Part shown: positions 47,066 through 57,147 of the stretch, in pieces
Numbering within the stretch: the stretch's first letter is position 1
Layout of the letters: each line of letters opens with the position of its first letter
Assembly: GCA_965231135.1 (NCBI GenBank)
Contig: OZ246419.1
Span: 449,488 to 513,487, forward strand
Source: an uncultured Gammaproteobacteria bacterium
Lineage (GTDB): Bacteria > Patescibacteriota > Microgenomatia > UBA8517
Reading direction: 5' to 3'
DNA length: 64,000 nt
Program-made: the position numbers and the translations under genes
Notes under the pieces: model-generated
What the model was told of the DNA's origin: nothing
The model's input: the letters and a program-made list of their open reading frames with translations, nothing else
The model's database searches: none

Positions 47066-49351
47066 ATGGCTGCCAACGATAAACTAATACTTCAGTTTAA
47101 AGATATTGATAAAACAATGACTTCCCAAGTAGGCGGAAAGGGTGCAAACCTAGGCGAAATGACGCAGGCAAAGTTTCCTGTTCCAAACGGATTTGCTGTA
47201 ACTGTTGCTTCATATAATTTGTTTTTGGATGAAAATAATTTAAGACCTGAGATTAACGGAATAATAAAAACTCTTGATGTAAATAATGCTGACCAGCTTG
47301 AGAAAGCTGCAAGCGCGATTCAAAATAAACTTTTGAAAGCTAAAGTCCCTGATGCTGTTGGAAAAGAAACAATAAAATCTTATCGGAAACTTTCGGGAAT
47401 ATTTAAGAAGGCACAAGTTGCTGTTCGCTCCAGTGCAACTGCTGAAGATTTGCCGGGAATGAGCTTTGCAGGACAACAAGCTACATTTTTAAATATTAAA
47501 GGTGAATCAAATTTATTGAACTCGATTCGCGAATGCTGGGCTTCGCTTTTTACAGCGCGCGCAATTTTTTATAGAGCTAATAATAAAATTCCAACAGAAA
47601 AGGTGGGAATCTGCGTCATTATCCAAAAAATGGTTGAGAGCGAAGTTTCTGGAGTTATGTTTACAGTTGACCCGGTTAAAAACGATAAAGAAAGAATTGT
47701 GGTTGATACAGTTTGGGGATTAGGCGAAATGATTGTTCAGGGATCTGTTATTCCAGATCATTATGTTGTCCAAAAAGGAACTTTCTCAATTCTTTCAAAA
47801 GAAGTTTCTGATCAATCAATACAATTAATTAAAGTAAATGGAATTACAAAAGAAGTTGAAGTTCCTAAAAAACAAAGAGAGAATCAGAAAATTACTGATG
47901 AAGAAGTAGTCGAAATTGCAAAAATTGGGAACAGACTTCAGGAACATTATTATTATCCTCAAGATGTTGAATGGGCTCGGGATAAAGACGGCGGGATATA
48001 TATAGTACAGACTCGTCCAATCACAACGCTTGATGCAAAACCAAAAGCAAAAACTAAAATGGGCGAATCCGATGTAGAAACAGCACAAACACCAATACTT
48101 ACGGGAATTCCCGCATCTCCCGGAGTTGGAACTGGGCCAGTACGAGTTCTGAAATCTCCGAAAGAAATTGATAAGGTGCATCAAGGTGATGTGCTTGTAG
48201 CTAAAATGACTTCTCCGGATTATGTTCCTGCAATGAAAAAAGCTGCAGCAATTATTACTGATGAAGGTGGAGAAACTTCACACGCTGCGATAGTTTCCCG
48301 AGAGCTTGGAGTTCCTTGCGTTGTTGGTACAAAAGAAGCTACCAAAAAACTTAAAGATGATTTTGTTGTGACTGTTGATGGCAAAGCTGGGATGATTTAT
48401 TTAGGAGCAAAAGTAAAAACTGAAGTTAAAGCGGAAGCAATGGAAACGCAGTACCGTAAAACTCGTAATACTAAGACTGCAACACATGTTTATGTAAATT
48501 TGGCTGAGCCTGATCGAGTAAAAGAAATTGCAAAGCGAAACGTAGACGGAATAGGCCTTCTTCGAGCTGAGTTTATGATTGCAAATATTGGAGTGCATCC
48601 GAAGCAAGCTATTAAAGACAAAAAGCAAAATGATTTTATAAATAAGCTTGCTGATAATTTGGAAGTATTTTGTAAGGCATTTGGAGATCGACCGGTCGTT
48701 TACCGTGCAACTGATTTTAAAACAAACGAATATCGCCAACTTAAAGGCGGAGCGAATTGGGAACCAGTTGAGCCAAACCCGTTGATGGGATTTAGAGGAG
48801 CATTTAGATACGTATCAGACCCTGAAGTATTTAATCTTGAACTTAATGCTATTAAAAAGGTACGAAGTAAACACAAGAATTTACATATCATGATTCCATT
48901 TGTGAGAAGCCCTCAGGAACTTGCAAGAGTTCGAAGACTAGTTGCATCTGAAGAATTATTTAGAACAGGAGATTTTAAATTTTGGATGATGTGCGAACTT
49001 CCGGTGAATGTAATTTTACTTGAAGATTTTATAAAAGTGGGAATTGATGGGGTCTCTATTGGAAGTAATGATTTATCAATGCTTTTACTTGGAACAGATC
49101 GAGACAATAGTGAGGTCGCAAGCGAATTTGATGAAAGATCACCAGCGCTTCTTTGGGCATTAAGACGCATTATAAAAACTTGCCATAAATACGGCGTGAC
49201 TGCGTCTATTTGCGGACAGGCTCCAAGTACTTATGACGATTTGGTTGAAGAGCTTGTAAAAATGGGAATAACTAGCGTTTCAATTAACCCTGATGCAATT
49301 GACCGAGTGAGAAATGTAATTTATGAAACAGAAAGGAAGATAGGAAAATAA
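47066..49351 (+). CDS. ppsA: Phosphoenolpyruvate synthase
   Basis: GGKGANLGE, AVRSSATAEDLP, TSHAAIVSRELG, GLLRAEF. Confidence 0.95.
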   Translation: MAANDKLILQFKDIDKTMTSQVGGKGANLGEMTQAKFPVPNGFAVTVASYNLFLDENNLRPEINGIIKTLDVNNADQLEKAASAIQNKLLKAKVPDAVGKETIKSYRKLSGIFKKAQVAVRSSATAEDLPGMSFAGQQATFLNIKGESNLLNSIRECWASLFTARAIFYRANNKIPTEKVGICVIIQKMVESEVSGVMFTVDPVKNDKERIVVDTVWGLGEMIVQGSVIPDHYVVQKGTFSILSKEVSDQSIQLIKVNGITKEVEVPKKQRENQKITDEEVVEIAKIGNRLQEHYYYPQDVEWARDKDGGIYIVQTRPITTLDAKPKAKTKMGESDVETAQTPILTGIPASPGVGTGPVRVLKSPKEIDKVHQGDVLVAKMTSPDYVPAMKKAAAIITDEGGETSHAAIVSRELGVPCVVGTKEATKKLKDDFVVTVDGKAGMIYLGAKVKTEVKAEAMETQYRKTRNTKTATHVYVNLAEPDRVKEIAKRNVDGIGLLRAEFMIANIGVHPKQAIKDKKQNDFINKLADNLEVFCKAFGDRPVVYRATDFKTNEYRQLKGGANWEPVEPNPLMGFRGAFRYVSDPEVFNLELNAIKKVRSKHKNLHIMIPFVRSPQELARVRRLVASEELFRTGDFKFWMMCELPVNVILLEDFIKVGIDGVSIGSNDLSMLLLGTDRDNSEVASEFDERSPALLWALRRIIKTCHKYGVTASICGQAPSTYDDLVEELVKMGITSVSINPDAIDRVRNVIYETERKIGK

Positions 49352-50632
49352 ATGGCAAAAGTGCAAAAAATTTGGGCTAGAGAAATTTTAGATTCCAGAG
49401 CAAATCCTACAGTTGAAGCTTATTGTCTTCTTGATAATGGAATTGTTGCGATTTCATCAGTTCCATCTGGAATTTCAACTGGAACATATGAAGCACATGA
49501 ACTTCGAGACGGAGACCCAAAGCGATATAAAGGAAAGGGAGTATTGAAGGCTGTTGAAAATGTAACTAATATACTTGGCCCTGCAATTATTGGAATGGAT
49601 CCAAACCAACAGGAAGAAATTGATAAAAAAATGATGGCATTGGACGGGACAGAAAATAAAGAAAAACTTGGGGCAAATAGTATTTTATCTATTTCCGAAG
49701 TTGTAGCTAAAGCTGCGGCTCTTGATAAAAAAGAACCGCTTTTTAAGTATTTTTGGGATGTCTCAGAACAAAGACAAATTCCAGTTCATAAAAAAATTCC
49801 AACACCACTTTTTAATATGATTAATGGAGGACTTCATGGAGCAGGAAATTTGGATTTTCAGGAATTTTTTGTAATTCCTGCTTCTTCCAAAAGTTTTTCT
49901 CAGGGTCTTGAGATGGGTGTGGAAATTTATTTGAGTATCGGAGAGAACCTGGCGAGACGCGGGGCAATTCATAGCGTTGGAGACGAAGGAGGATATGCGC
50001 CAAATCTTTTTACAAATGCTGATGCACTTGAAATCTTAGTTGAATCGATTCGCGAAACTTCGTATGTTTTGGGGTCTGATGTATTTTTGGGATTAGATGT
50101 TGCTGCAAACTCTATTTACAAAAATGGCCGTTATTCAATCAGAGATAAATCAGGGCCGCTTGATGAACTTGCGATGATTGATTATTTTAAGGAACTTAAT
50201 TTTACATACCACCTTGAAGTGCTTGAAGACCCTCTTTATGAAGATGCTTGGACTGGATGGAATAAATTACTTCAAACTCTTGATCCTCAAATGTCTATTG
50301 TCGGTGATGATCTTTTAGTAACTAATCCAAAAAGAATTGATAAAGCAATTGCACAAAAAGCTTGCAATACAATTTTAGTTAAGCCAAATCAAATTGGAAC
50401 TGTGACTGAAACTTTGGAGGTTGTTAAAAAAGCTCGAGATGCAGGATGGAAAGTAATTGTATCTCATCGATCTGGAGAAACTACTGATACATTCCTTGCT
50501 GATTTTGCTGTTGGAGTTGGAGCTGATTATATAAAAAGCGGAGCTCCTGCCCGCGGAGAACGCGTTGTTAAATATAATCGCCTTTCTGCAATTGAATCTG
50601 ATATGAAACAAATGGGAGTACTTCCGAAGTAA
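49352..50632 (+). CDS. eno: Enolase
   Basis: REILDSRANPTVE, GDEGG, KPNQIGT, SHRSGET. Confidence 0.97.
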   Translation: MAKVQKIWAREILDSRANPTVEAYCLLDNGIVAISSVPSGISTGTYEAHELRDGDPKRYKGKGVLKAVENVTNILGPAIIGMDPNQQEEIDKKMMALDGTENKEKLGANSILSISEVVAKAAALDKKEPLFKYFWDVSEQRQIPVHKKIPTPLFNMINGGLHGAGNLDFQEFFVIPASSKSFSQGLEMGVEIYLSIGENLARRGAIHSVGDEGGYAPNLFTNADALEILVESIRETSYVLGSDVFLGLDVAANSIYKNGRYSIRDKSGPLDELAMIDYFKELNFTYHLEVLEDPLYEDAWTGWNKLLQTLDPQMSIVGDDLLVTNPKRIDKAIAQKACNTILVKPNQIGTVTETLEVVKKARDAGWKVIVSHRSGETTDTFLADFAVGVGADYIKSGAPARGERVVKYNRLSAIESDMKQMGVLPK

Positions 50633-50646
50633 CTTTTAGATAACAA

Positions 50647-51273
50647 TTAATTTTTGGGGATATATTTTTTAACTTGAGCTAATATTTTTTTTCTATGCTC
50701 ATATGCTGAGGGCATAAAGGAAACTATAACTATTAAAATAATTAATGGAATTAAATATTTATCTACGTTTGGAATAACTTTACCAAGGAAATATCCTATT
50801 AGAAGCATTAAAGTTGACCATGTGACTCCTCCTGCTATATTAAAAGTAAGAAACTTGCTGTATTCCATTTCTCCAATGCCTGCAACAATTGGAGCAAAAG
50901 TTCTAACATAAGGCAAGAACCTTGCTAGAATAATTGTTTTGGTACCATTCTTTTTGTAAAATTCTTCTGCTGTTGTGATATGTTCTTTGTTTCTCAAAAA
51001 AGACTCTTTTCCTTTGTTGAAAAACTTTTTACCAAATTCTTTTCCCATCCAATATCCTGTTGAATCTCCAAGAACTGCCGCTAAAGCAAGAAGAGGAATC
51101 AAAACTAAAATATTAAAATATCCTTGAGTTGCAAGAAGCCCTGCTGTGACAATTAAACTGTCTCCTGGAAGGAAAAAGCCAAAAAATAAACCAGATTCTG
51201 CAAAAATGATGGCGAATAAACCAACATATCCAACTGCTTCAATTACTTTTGCAAGATCTATTCCAAAGAACAT
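50647..51273 (-). CDS. dedA: DedA family membrane protein
   Basis: FAESGLFFGFFLPGDSL, ARFLPYVRTFAP. Confidence 0.93.
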   Translation of the reverse strand: MFFGIDLAKVIEAVGYVGLFAIIFAESGLFFGFFLPGDSLIVTAGLLATQGYFNILVLIPLLALAAVLGDSTGYWMGKEFGKKFFNKGKESFLRNKEHITTAEEFYKKNGTKTIILARFLPYVRTFAPIVAGIGEMEYSKFLTFNIAGGVTWSTLMLLIGYFLGKVIPNVDKYLIPLIILIVIVSFMPSAYEHRKKILAQVKKYIPKN

Positions 51274-51333
51274 AACTTTTAAATTGTAATGGAATTGATT
51301 TTATTTTACTAGTAGCTTGTTTTATAATTACAT

Positions 51334-51744
51334 ATGCTTGAACATGATTTAGATCCACAATATTACGTCGACCGTTTGTATATGTTTGGTTTGTTTTCGG
51401 ATGATTTGCCTAATGAAAGAGTTGGGGTTTGGCATCCTGATTATCCGATGATGAAATGTAAGGGAAATACTATATGTGGGTTAATGGCTACGCTTTGTAA
51501 TTTGCAGGATTCTGGATTATTGACCGATCGAAGAGATAATAAGGTTATACAGTATTTTATAGATTATCCTTGGGATTTTGATAGATTTACTACAGTTGAA
51601 GAAATTGAGATGATAAATGTTACTCTTGGTCTTGTTGGTAATTATTTAATAAATCGGTATCAATTAAATCTTGATAAAACTAAACTAAATCAAGAATTTG
51701 TAAGTTTAAAAAGAACTTTGAGAGCTAATTGGGGTGTTGAATGA
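51334..51744 (+). CDS. Hypothetical protein (orphan, 136 aa)
   Basis: TATAAT at 51323-51328, five nt before ATG. Confidence 0.72.
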   Translation: MLEHDLDPQYYVDRLYMFGLFSDDLPNERVGVWHPDYPMMKCKGNTICGLMATLCNLQDSGLLTDRRDNKVIQYFIDYPWDFDRFTTVEEIEMINVTLGLVGNYLINRYQLNLDKTKLNQEFVSLKRTLRANWGVE

Positions 51745-51747
51745 AAT

Positions 51748-52368
51748 TTAATTTACAAATTTTCTAATTACGCCAACGCAAATGCCTTGAATTTTGACGT
51801 CTTTGGCGAAGATTGGTGACATTGTGGAATTTGCTGGTTCTAATCTTATTCTTGTTGCTTCTTTGTAAAATCTTTTGAGAGTTGCCATGCCATTTTCTAG
51901 AAGAGCGACTACGATTTGCCCGTTTCTTGCAACGTTTGTTTCCTGAACTACAACATAATCTCCGTCTTCGATTGCAGCTTCGATCATTGAATTACCTCGC
52001 ACTTGTAAAACGTAAATTCTTTTTCCACCTGCTGCAAATGATGGTGCAATGTCTATGGTTGCGTTTGGATCAGTATAGGGTTCAAGGGGAGATCCTGCTG
52101 CAATGAAACCTAAAATTGGTACTGTGATTGATTTTTTCTCCGGATTGAATTTCTCGTCAATTAATTCTATTGCGCGGGTTTTGCCGTGTTCTCTTTTTAT
52201 TAAACCTTTTGCCTCAAGGGTTTGTAAATGTTCGTGAACTGTTGCAAGTGAACTGACATTTAAAGCGTCAGCTATCTGGCGAAGAGTTGGAGCACTGCCT
52301 TCGGTTTCGATATGCTGCTTGATAAAATCTAAAATTTGCCTTTGTCTTTTGTAAATTATTACTGCCAT
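51748..52368 (-). CDS. lexA: SOS repressor LexA
   Basis: PTLRQIA wHTH, IAAG cleavage site, GNSM, ATLKR. Confidence 0.95.
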   Translation of the reverse strand: MAVIIYKRQRQILDFIKQHIETEGSAPTLRQIADALNVSSLATVHEHLQTLEAKGLIKREHGKTRAIELIDEKFNPEKKSITVPILGFIAAGSPLEPYTDPNATIDIAPSFAAGGKRIYVLQVRGNSMIEAAIEDGDYVVVQETNVARNGQIVVALLENGMATLKRFYKEATRIRLEPANSTMSPIFAKDVKIQGICVGVIRKFVN

Positions 52369-52458
52369 AGTTAATAATAACAATTTACAAATTTAACCCG
52401 AAGTTGTCAAGAGGGAAAAGGATTTGATTGACAACTTGTCATAAGATATGATGAAAAT

Positions 52459-54429
52459 ATGAGACAATCGATCCTTGTAGTTTTATTAATTGTTTCTTCT
52501 CTGATTTTATTATCCGTTCGAACAGTTAAAGCGTATTATTCTAATATGCCCGCAAGTATGGTATTGGGGCAGACAAATTTTACAGATAGTGCTGGCGGGC
52601 TTGGCCCAAATAAATTTTTTGATAATACGACACATCCGACAAATACTGGTTTAGTTGGAATTTTTGTAGATCCTTTAGGAAGGTTGATAATTTCTGATTT
52701 TAGCAATGGACGAGTATTGATTTGGAATAAAATGCCTACGACAAATGGCGCTCCGGCGGATTTGGTTTTGGGTCAACCTGATTTTAATAGTAATTCGAAA
52801 AACGCTTGCGCTTGTGATACACCCGGCCCAAATACTTTAGTGAATGTGGGAAATGTTTATTCCACTGGAACTCAATTGTTTGTAGCGGATCAGAGCAATA
52901 ATCGAGTTTTAATTTGGAATACATTTCCGACTCACAACTTTCAGGCAGCGGATGTTGTGGTTGGTCAGGCAGATTTTACTTCGACAGCAACTACATGCAA
53001 TGCTTCAACGATGTATATTGCTGATTATGTGTATGTGTATGGGAATAAGCTTTTAGTTGCCGACCGTAACCATAGCCGAATTTTGATTTGGAATTCAATA
53101 CCAACAGTGAACGGGACGCCAGCTGATATAGAACTAGGGCATAGCGGTGGGCTGGCTGATTGTACTGGATCAAGTGCTAATGCAAGTAATTTTGCCATTC
53201 CGGAGGGGATTCTTGTTTATAATGGAAAACTTTTTGTTGTTGACCATGATTATAATAGAATTTTGGTTTGGAATACTTTTCCAACACAAAACAATCAGCC
53301 AGCTGATTATGTGATTGGTCAACCTGATTTTACAACTACATCTTCTGGTACAAGCGCTTCAGAATTTAGTGCTCCTCTGCAAGCGTATATAGATAATAAT
53401 AGACTTTTTGTGACTGAAGAGTCTAACAATAGAATTGTTGTTTTTAATTCAGTTCCAATAACAAATGGAGGTGTAGCTGATTTAGTTCTTGGCCAACCAA
53501 GTTTTACTTCCAATTCTGCAAATGAAGGGGAAGCTACTTCTGCATACGGTTTTAATAAACCAAGAGGAATTTTAGTATATAACAATCAACTTTTTGTAGG
53601 TGATCCTATTAATGCACGCGTGCTGATTTTTAATAATGTAATTGGAACACCCCAGATGAACATAAATACACCTTTTACTGACATTGGAAATGGAAGACTG
53701 GAATTGAAAGGAAATGTGCAATTGGGAGAGAATGGTCGCTATGCAATGCAGTGGATTAAGGCAGATGTGAACGGATCTGGGCTGGGAAATGTAAGCAATC
53801 TTTTTGGAGGAAGAAGTATCAATGCAACTACGACATTGTATGATTTTGTTAACGACTTTGATCCAAGAATCAATGGTGGAAGCAGCAACAACTTTACTCT
53901 TGACCTGGTGGCAAGCAGTTTTAATGCTGATACTACAAGTTTGTTTTATTTTTTGCCGTTTAATTTAAATTATGTCAGGAAGTCTAACAATAATTTAAAT
54001 ATTGATTTTACAGTTAATAATTTAAATATTCAAAGAATAAAAGATAATATTGATCACTTTAAAATTGAATATCGGAAAGAAAATGATTCTTCATGGTTGA
54101 CTTTGGTGAATAGTATAAGTACCGACAAAATATCTAATGCTGGAGAAATTAATCTTGTGACTTTAAATGTCTTAAAAATTGGGACAAAATACAATGTTAA
54201 AGTGGTAGCTGTTTCTAAGAATTCTAATTGGGAGCAATCGAGTAATGTTCTTAGTTATTTTTTTAATGTGCCTAATCAAAAGAAGAATATAATTGTTAAA
54301 AGTGCCTTGTCTACATCCGTTACGTCAACTCCTTTGCCTACTTTGGTAGTAGATACTCCAATGCCAGTTTTGCCTGTTCCGACAGTTTCACCACAAGCTA
54401 AAACATGTTTTCTTTTTTGGTGTTGGTAA
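52459..54429 (+). CDS. Secreted NHL-like repeat (beta-propeller) protein with Pro/Thr tail ending CFLFWCW
   Basis: Signal peptide; repeated NRVLIWN..PT.N..PAD.V.GQ.DF units. Confidence 0.8.
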   Translation: MRQSILVVLLIVSSLILLSVRTVKAYYSNMPASMVLGQTNFTDSAGGLGPNKFFDNTTHPTNTGLVGIFVDPLGRLIISDFSNGRVLIWNKMPTTNGAPADLVLGQPDFNSNSKNACACDTPGPNTLVNVGNVYSTGTQLFVADQSNNRVLIWNTFPTHNFQAADVVVGQADFTSTATTCNASTMYIADYVYVYGNKLLVADRNHSRILIWNSIPTVNGTPADIELGHSGGLADCTGSSANASNFAIPEGILVYNGKLFVVDHDYNRILVWNTFPTQNNQPADYVIGQPDFTTTSSGTSASEFSAPLQAYIDNNRLFVTEESNNRIVVFNSVPITNGGVADLVLGQPSFTSNSANEGEATSAYGFNKPRGILVYNNQLFVGDPINARVLIFNNVIGTPQMNINTPFTDIGNGRLELKGNVQLGENGRYAMQWIKADVNGSGLGNVSNLFGGRSINATTTLYDFVNDFDPRINGGSSNNFTLDLVASSFNADTTSLFYFLPFNLNYVRKSNNNLNIDFTVNNLNIQRIKDNIDHFKIEYRKENDSSWLTLVNSISTDKISNAGEINLVTLNVLKIGTKYNVKVVAVSKNSNWEQSSNVLSYFFNVPNQKKNIIVKSALSTSVTSTPLPTLVVDTPMPVLPVPTVSPQAKTCFLFWCW

Positions 54430-54466
54430 CTTCGTTTAATCTTTGGGTTTGTGGTATAGTTATAAT

Positions 54467-56452
54467 ATGAAATTTAAACTTAATTCTAAATTTGGATTGA
54501 TGGGAGATCAGCCTCAAGCTGTTGAAAAATTAGTAAAAGGAATTGAAGAAAAAGATCCTTACCAAGTTTTACTTGGGGTAACGGGATCAGGCAAAACTTT
54601 TACAGTAGCCAATGTTATTGAGCGTACTCAACGGCCAACGCTTGTGATTTCTCACAACAAGACCCTTGCCGCGCAGCTTTATCAAGAGCTTCGTGATTTT
54701 TTTCCCGAAAATGCAGTTTCTTATTTTGTTTCTTATTATGATTATTACCAGCCAGAAGCTTATATTCCTTCAACTGACACATATATAGAGAAAGATGCTG
54801 GAATAAATGAACTAATTGATAAATTGAGGCTCGCTGCAACTACAAATATTTTGACTCGTAATGATGTGATTGTTGTTGCTTCGGTTTCGTCTATTTATAA
54901 TATTGGTTCTTCAAAAGAATTTGGGAAATTTATTTTGGAAATTTCAAAGGACATGAAAGTAAGCCGAGAACAAATTATTGACAGGCTTACAAACTTGCAA
55001 TATGAAAGAAGCGATTTTGGATTTCACAGAGGTACATTTAGAGTAAACGGAGATATTATTGATGTTTACCCTGCATACGAAGATTTTGGAGTAAAAATAG
55101 AACTCAAGGATTATAAAGTGTTCAATATACAGAAATTCGATCCATTAACTGGAGTAAAAATTGATGAGGCGATGAAATTTTTTGTTCTTTATCCTTCAAA
55201 ACATTTTGTAACGGACCCGAATCAAAATAAAGATGTGTATGAAAGAATTGCAAAAGATATGCTTTCAAGAGTTAATGATTTGAAAAAAGAAGGGAAAGAA
55301 CTTGAAGCACACAGACTTCAGCAAAAAGTTACTTATGATTTGGAAATGATACGGGAAGTTGGTTATGTAAAAGGAATTGAAAATTATTCAAGATATTTTG
55401 ATGGACGAAACCCAGGAGATGCGCCGTTTTCGTTGCTTGATTATTTTAATGACACTTATGGAAAAGACTGGCTAACTGTTGTGGATGAAAGTCATATTAC
55501 TTTTCCACAAATACGTGGAATGTTTGCAGGAGATTTTTCTCGAAAACAAACTTTAATTGAATATGGATTTCGTTTACCGTCAGCTTTAGATAATAGACCA
55601 CTTAAATTTGATGAATTTATGAGAAGAATTCCAAATTTTATTGCAGTTTCAGCAACTCCTGATGATTGGGAAATTTCGATGTCTAAGAACCATATTGTTC
55701 AACAGCTTGTTCGCCCAACTGGAATTGTTGATCCAACTGTTGAAATTCGACCAACTGCAACACAAGTAAAAGATGTAATTGAAGAAATAAAGAAAAATGC
55801 TGAAAAGGGCGAGAGAACCTTGGTTACAACTCTTACCAAGCGAACTGCTGAAGATGTCGCAAATTATCTCGTTGATCAGGGAATAAAAGCTGAATATCTT
55901 CATAGCGACATTAAAACTTTGGAAAGGACTGATATTTTGGATAATTTAAGGCGAGGAGATTATGATGCTCTGATTGGAGTAAATCTTCTTCGAGAAGGAC
56001 TTGATCTTCCTGAGGTTTCATTGGTTGCAATTTTGGACGCAGATAAAGAAGGATTTCTTCGAAGCGAAGTAAGCTTGGTGCAAACAATGGGGCGCGCTGC
56101 AAGGCATGTAAAAGGGCGGGTAATTTTGTATGCAAATAAAGAGACAAATAGCATGAAGAAAGCGCTTGATGAGATAAAGCGGCGCCGTGAATATCAAACA
56201 AAATGGAATGAAGAACATAATATTACGCCAACAAGTATTCAAAAACCAATTAGAGAAAGATTGGTTGAAGAAGATGTGGAAGCTGAGGAAGAGCTTGATC
56301 CAGTTTATGCTTCGAATAATATTGATGCATTAACACCGATGGATAAAAGAAAATTAGTTAAAAGACTTAAAAGGGAAATGAAAATTGCAGCGGATGATAT
56401 GAATTTTGAGCTGGCTGCAAAACTCAGGGATAAGATTAAGGAATTAGAATGA
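54467..56452 (+). CDS. uvrB: Excinuclease ABC subunit B
   Basis: GVTGSGKT, YYDYYQPEAY, DESH, NLLREGLD, C-terminal UVR domain. Confidence 0.98.
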   Translation: MKFKLNSKFGLMGDQPQAVEKLVKGIEEKDPYQVLLGVTGSGKTFTVANVIERTQRPTLVISHNKTLAAQLYQELRDFFPENAVSYFVSYYDYYQPEAYIPSTDTYIEKDAGINELIDKLRLAATTNILTRNDVIVVASVSSIYNIGSSKEFGKFILEISKDMKVSREQIIDRLTNLQYERSDFGFHRGTFRVNGDIIDVYPAYEDFGVKIELKDYKVFNIQKFDPLTGVKIDEAMKFFVLYPSKHFVTDPNQNKDVYERIAKDMLSRVNDLKKEGKELEAHRLQQKVTYDLEMIREVGYVKGIENYSRYFDGRNPGDAPFSLLDYFNDTYGKDWLTVVDESHITFPQIRGMFAGDFSRKQTLIEYGFRLPSALDNRPLKFDEFMRRIPNFIAVSATPDDWEISMSKNHIVQQLVRPTGIVDPTVEIRPTATQVKDVIEEIKKNAEKGERTLVTTLTKRTAEDVANYLVDQGIKAEYLHSDIKTLERTDILDNLRRGDYDALIGVNLLREGLDLPEVSLVAILDADKEGFLRSEVSLVQTMGRAARHVKGRVILYANKETNSMKKALDEIKRRREYQTKWNEEHNITPTSIQKPIRERLVEEDVEAEEELDPVYASNNIDALTPMDKRKLVKRLKREMKIAADDMNFELAAKLRDKIKELE

Positions 56453-56474
56453 TGTGATATTATAATTATATAAT

Positions 56475-56594
56475 ATGAGAATATTTGGAAAAAATAAACC
56501 TAAAGATACTAAAAGAAATAAGTTAATTAAAAAGGCGATTAAAAAAGCTGCAAGGGATTATAAAGATACTTTTGTAAAACTTGCTAGCGCATAA
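56475..56594 (+). CDS. Probable 39-aa antitoxin of Doc (MRIFGKNKPKDTKRNKLIKKAIKKAARDYKDTFVKLASA)
   Basis: Hand-translated; stop lies 1 nt before the doc ATG; C-terminal helix resembles toxin-neutralising tails. Confidence 0.6.
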   Translation: MRIFGKNKPKDTKRNKLIKKAIKKAARDYKDTFVKLASA

Positions 56595-56595
56595 A

Positions 56596-57048
56596 ATGTT
56601 TTGGGTACAGATTGATGATTTTGAAGCTATTTGTTTTAATTTCTGTACAGAATTATTTACATTTAATGAACCAATTCCGAAGTTTACTACGAGATATTCA
56701 GGTATTCTTGAATCTTGTTTAAATAGTCCGCTTCAACAAGCATTTGGAAATGATTTATATCCAGAATTTAATGATAAATTGGCAATTCTGTTTTATTTGT
56801 TAAGTAAAAATCATCCATTTGTTAATGGTAATAAAAGAATGGCTGTAACTACTTTGTTGGTCACACTTTATGGCAATAATAAATGGATGAAAGCGACTTC
56901 TGAAGAAGTTTATGAAATTGCTGTAAAAGTTTCTGAATCTAAACCGAGAGATAAAGATAAAATTATTGTTATGATTAAGGATTTTTTAAATAAAAATATA
57001 AGTGAGAAAACTTTGATTGATAAATTATTGGAGTTAATTAATAAATAG
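56596..57048 (+). CDS. Fic/Doc family toxin (death-on-curing type)
   Basis: LESCL..P, LYP, HPFVNGNKR. Confidence 0.88.
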   Translation: MFWVQIDDFEAICFNFCTELFTFNEPIPKFTTRYSGILESCLNSPLQQAFGNDLYPEFNDKLAILFYLLSKNHPFVNGNKRMAVTTLLVTLYGNNKWMKATSEEVYEIAVKVSESKPRDKDKIIVMIKDFLNKNISEKTLIDKLLELINK

Positions 57049-57147
57049 CCTCTTTCCTTTTTCTTTTGTTGGGGTAATATTAGGGATATCTCTATATAAA
57101 TAGTGATATAATAAACTCACCACTGGATGAAACCAGCGGGAATTTGT

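Noticed and set aside
51749-51762. AATTTACAAATTT at the lexA 3' end as a third operator copy
   Set aside because: Explained by the KFVN-stop codons in AT-rich DNA.
52540-53640. Repeats in the 656-aa gene as a CRISPR array or DGR
   Set aside because: Degenerate protein-level propeller repeats; no identical DNA repeats with spacers, no cas or RT gene.
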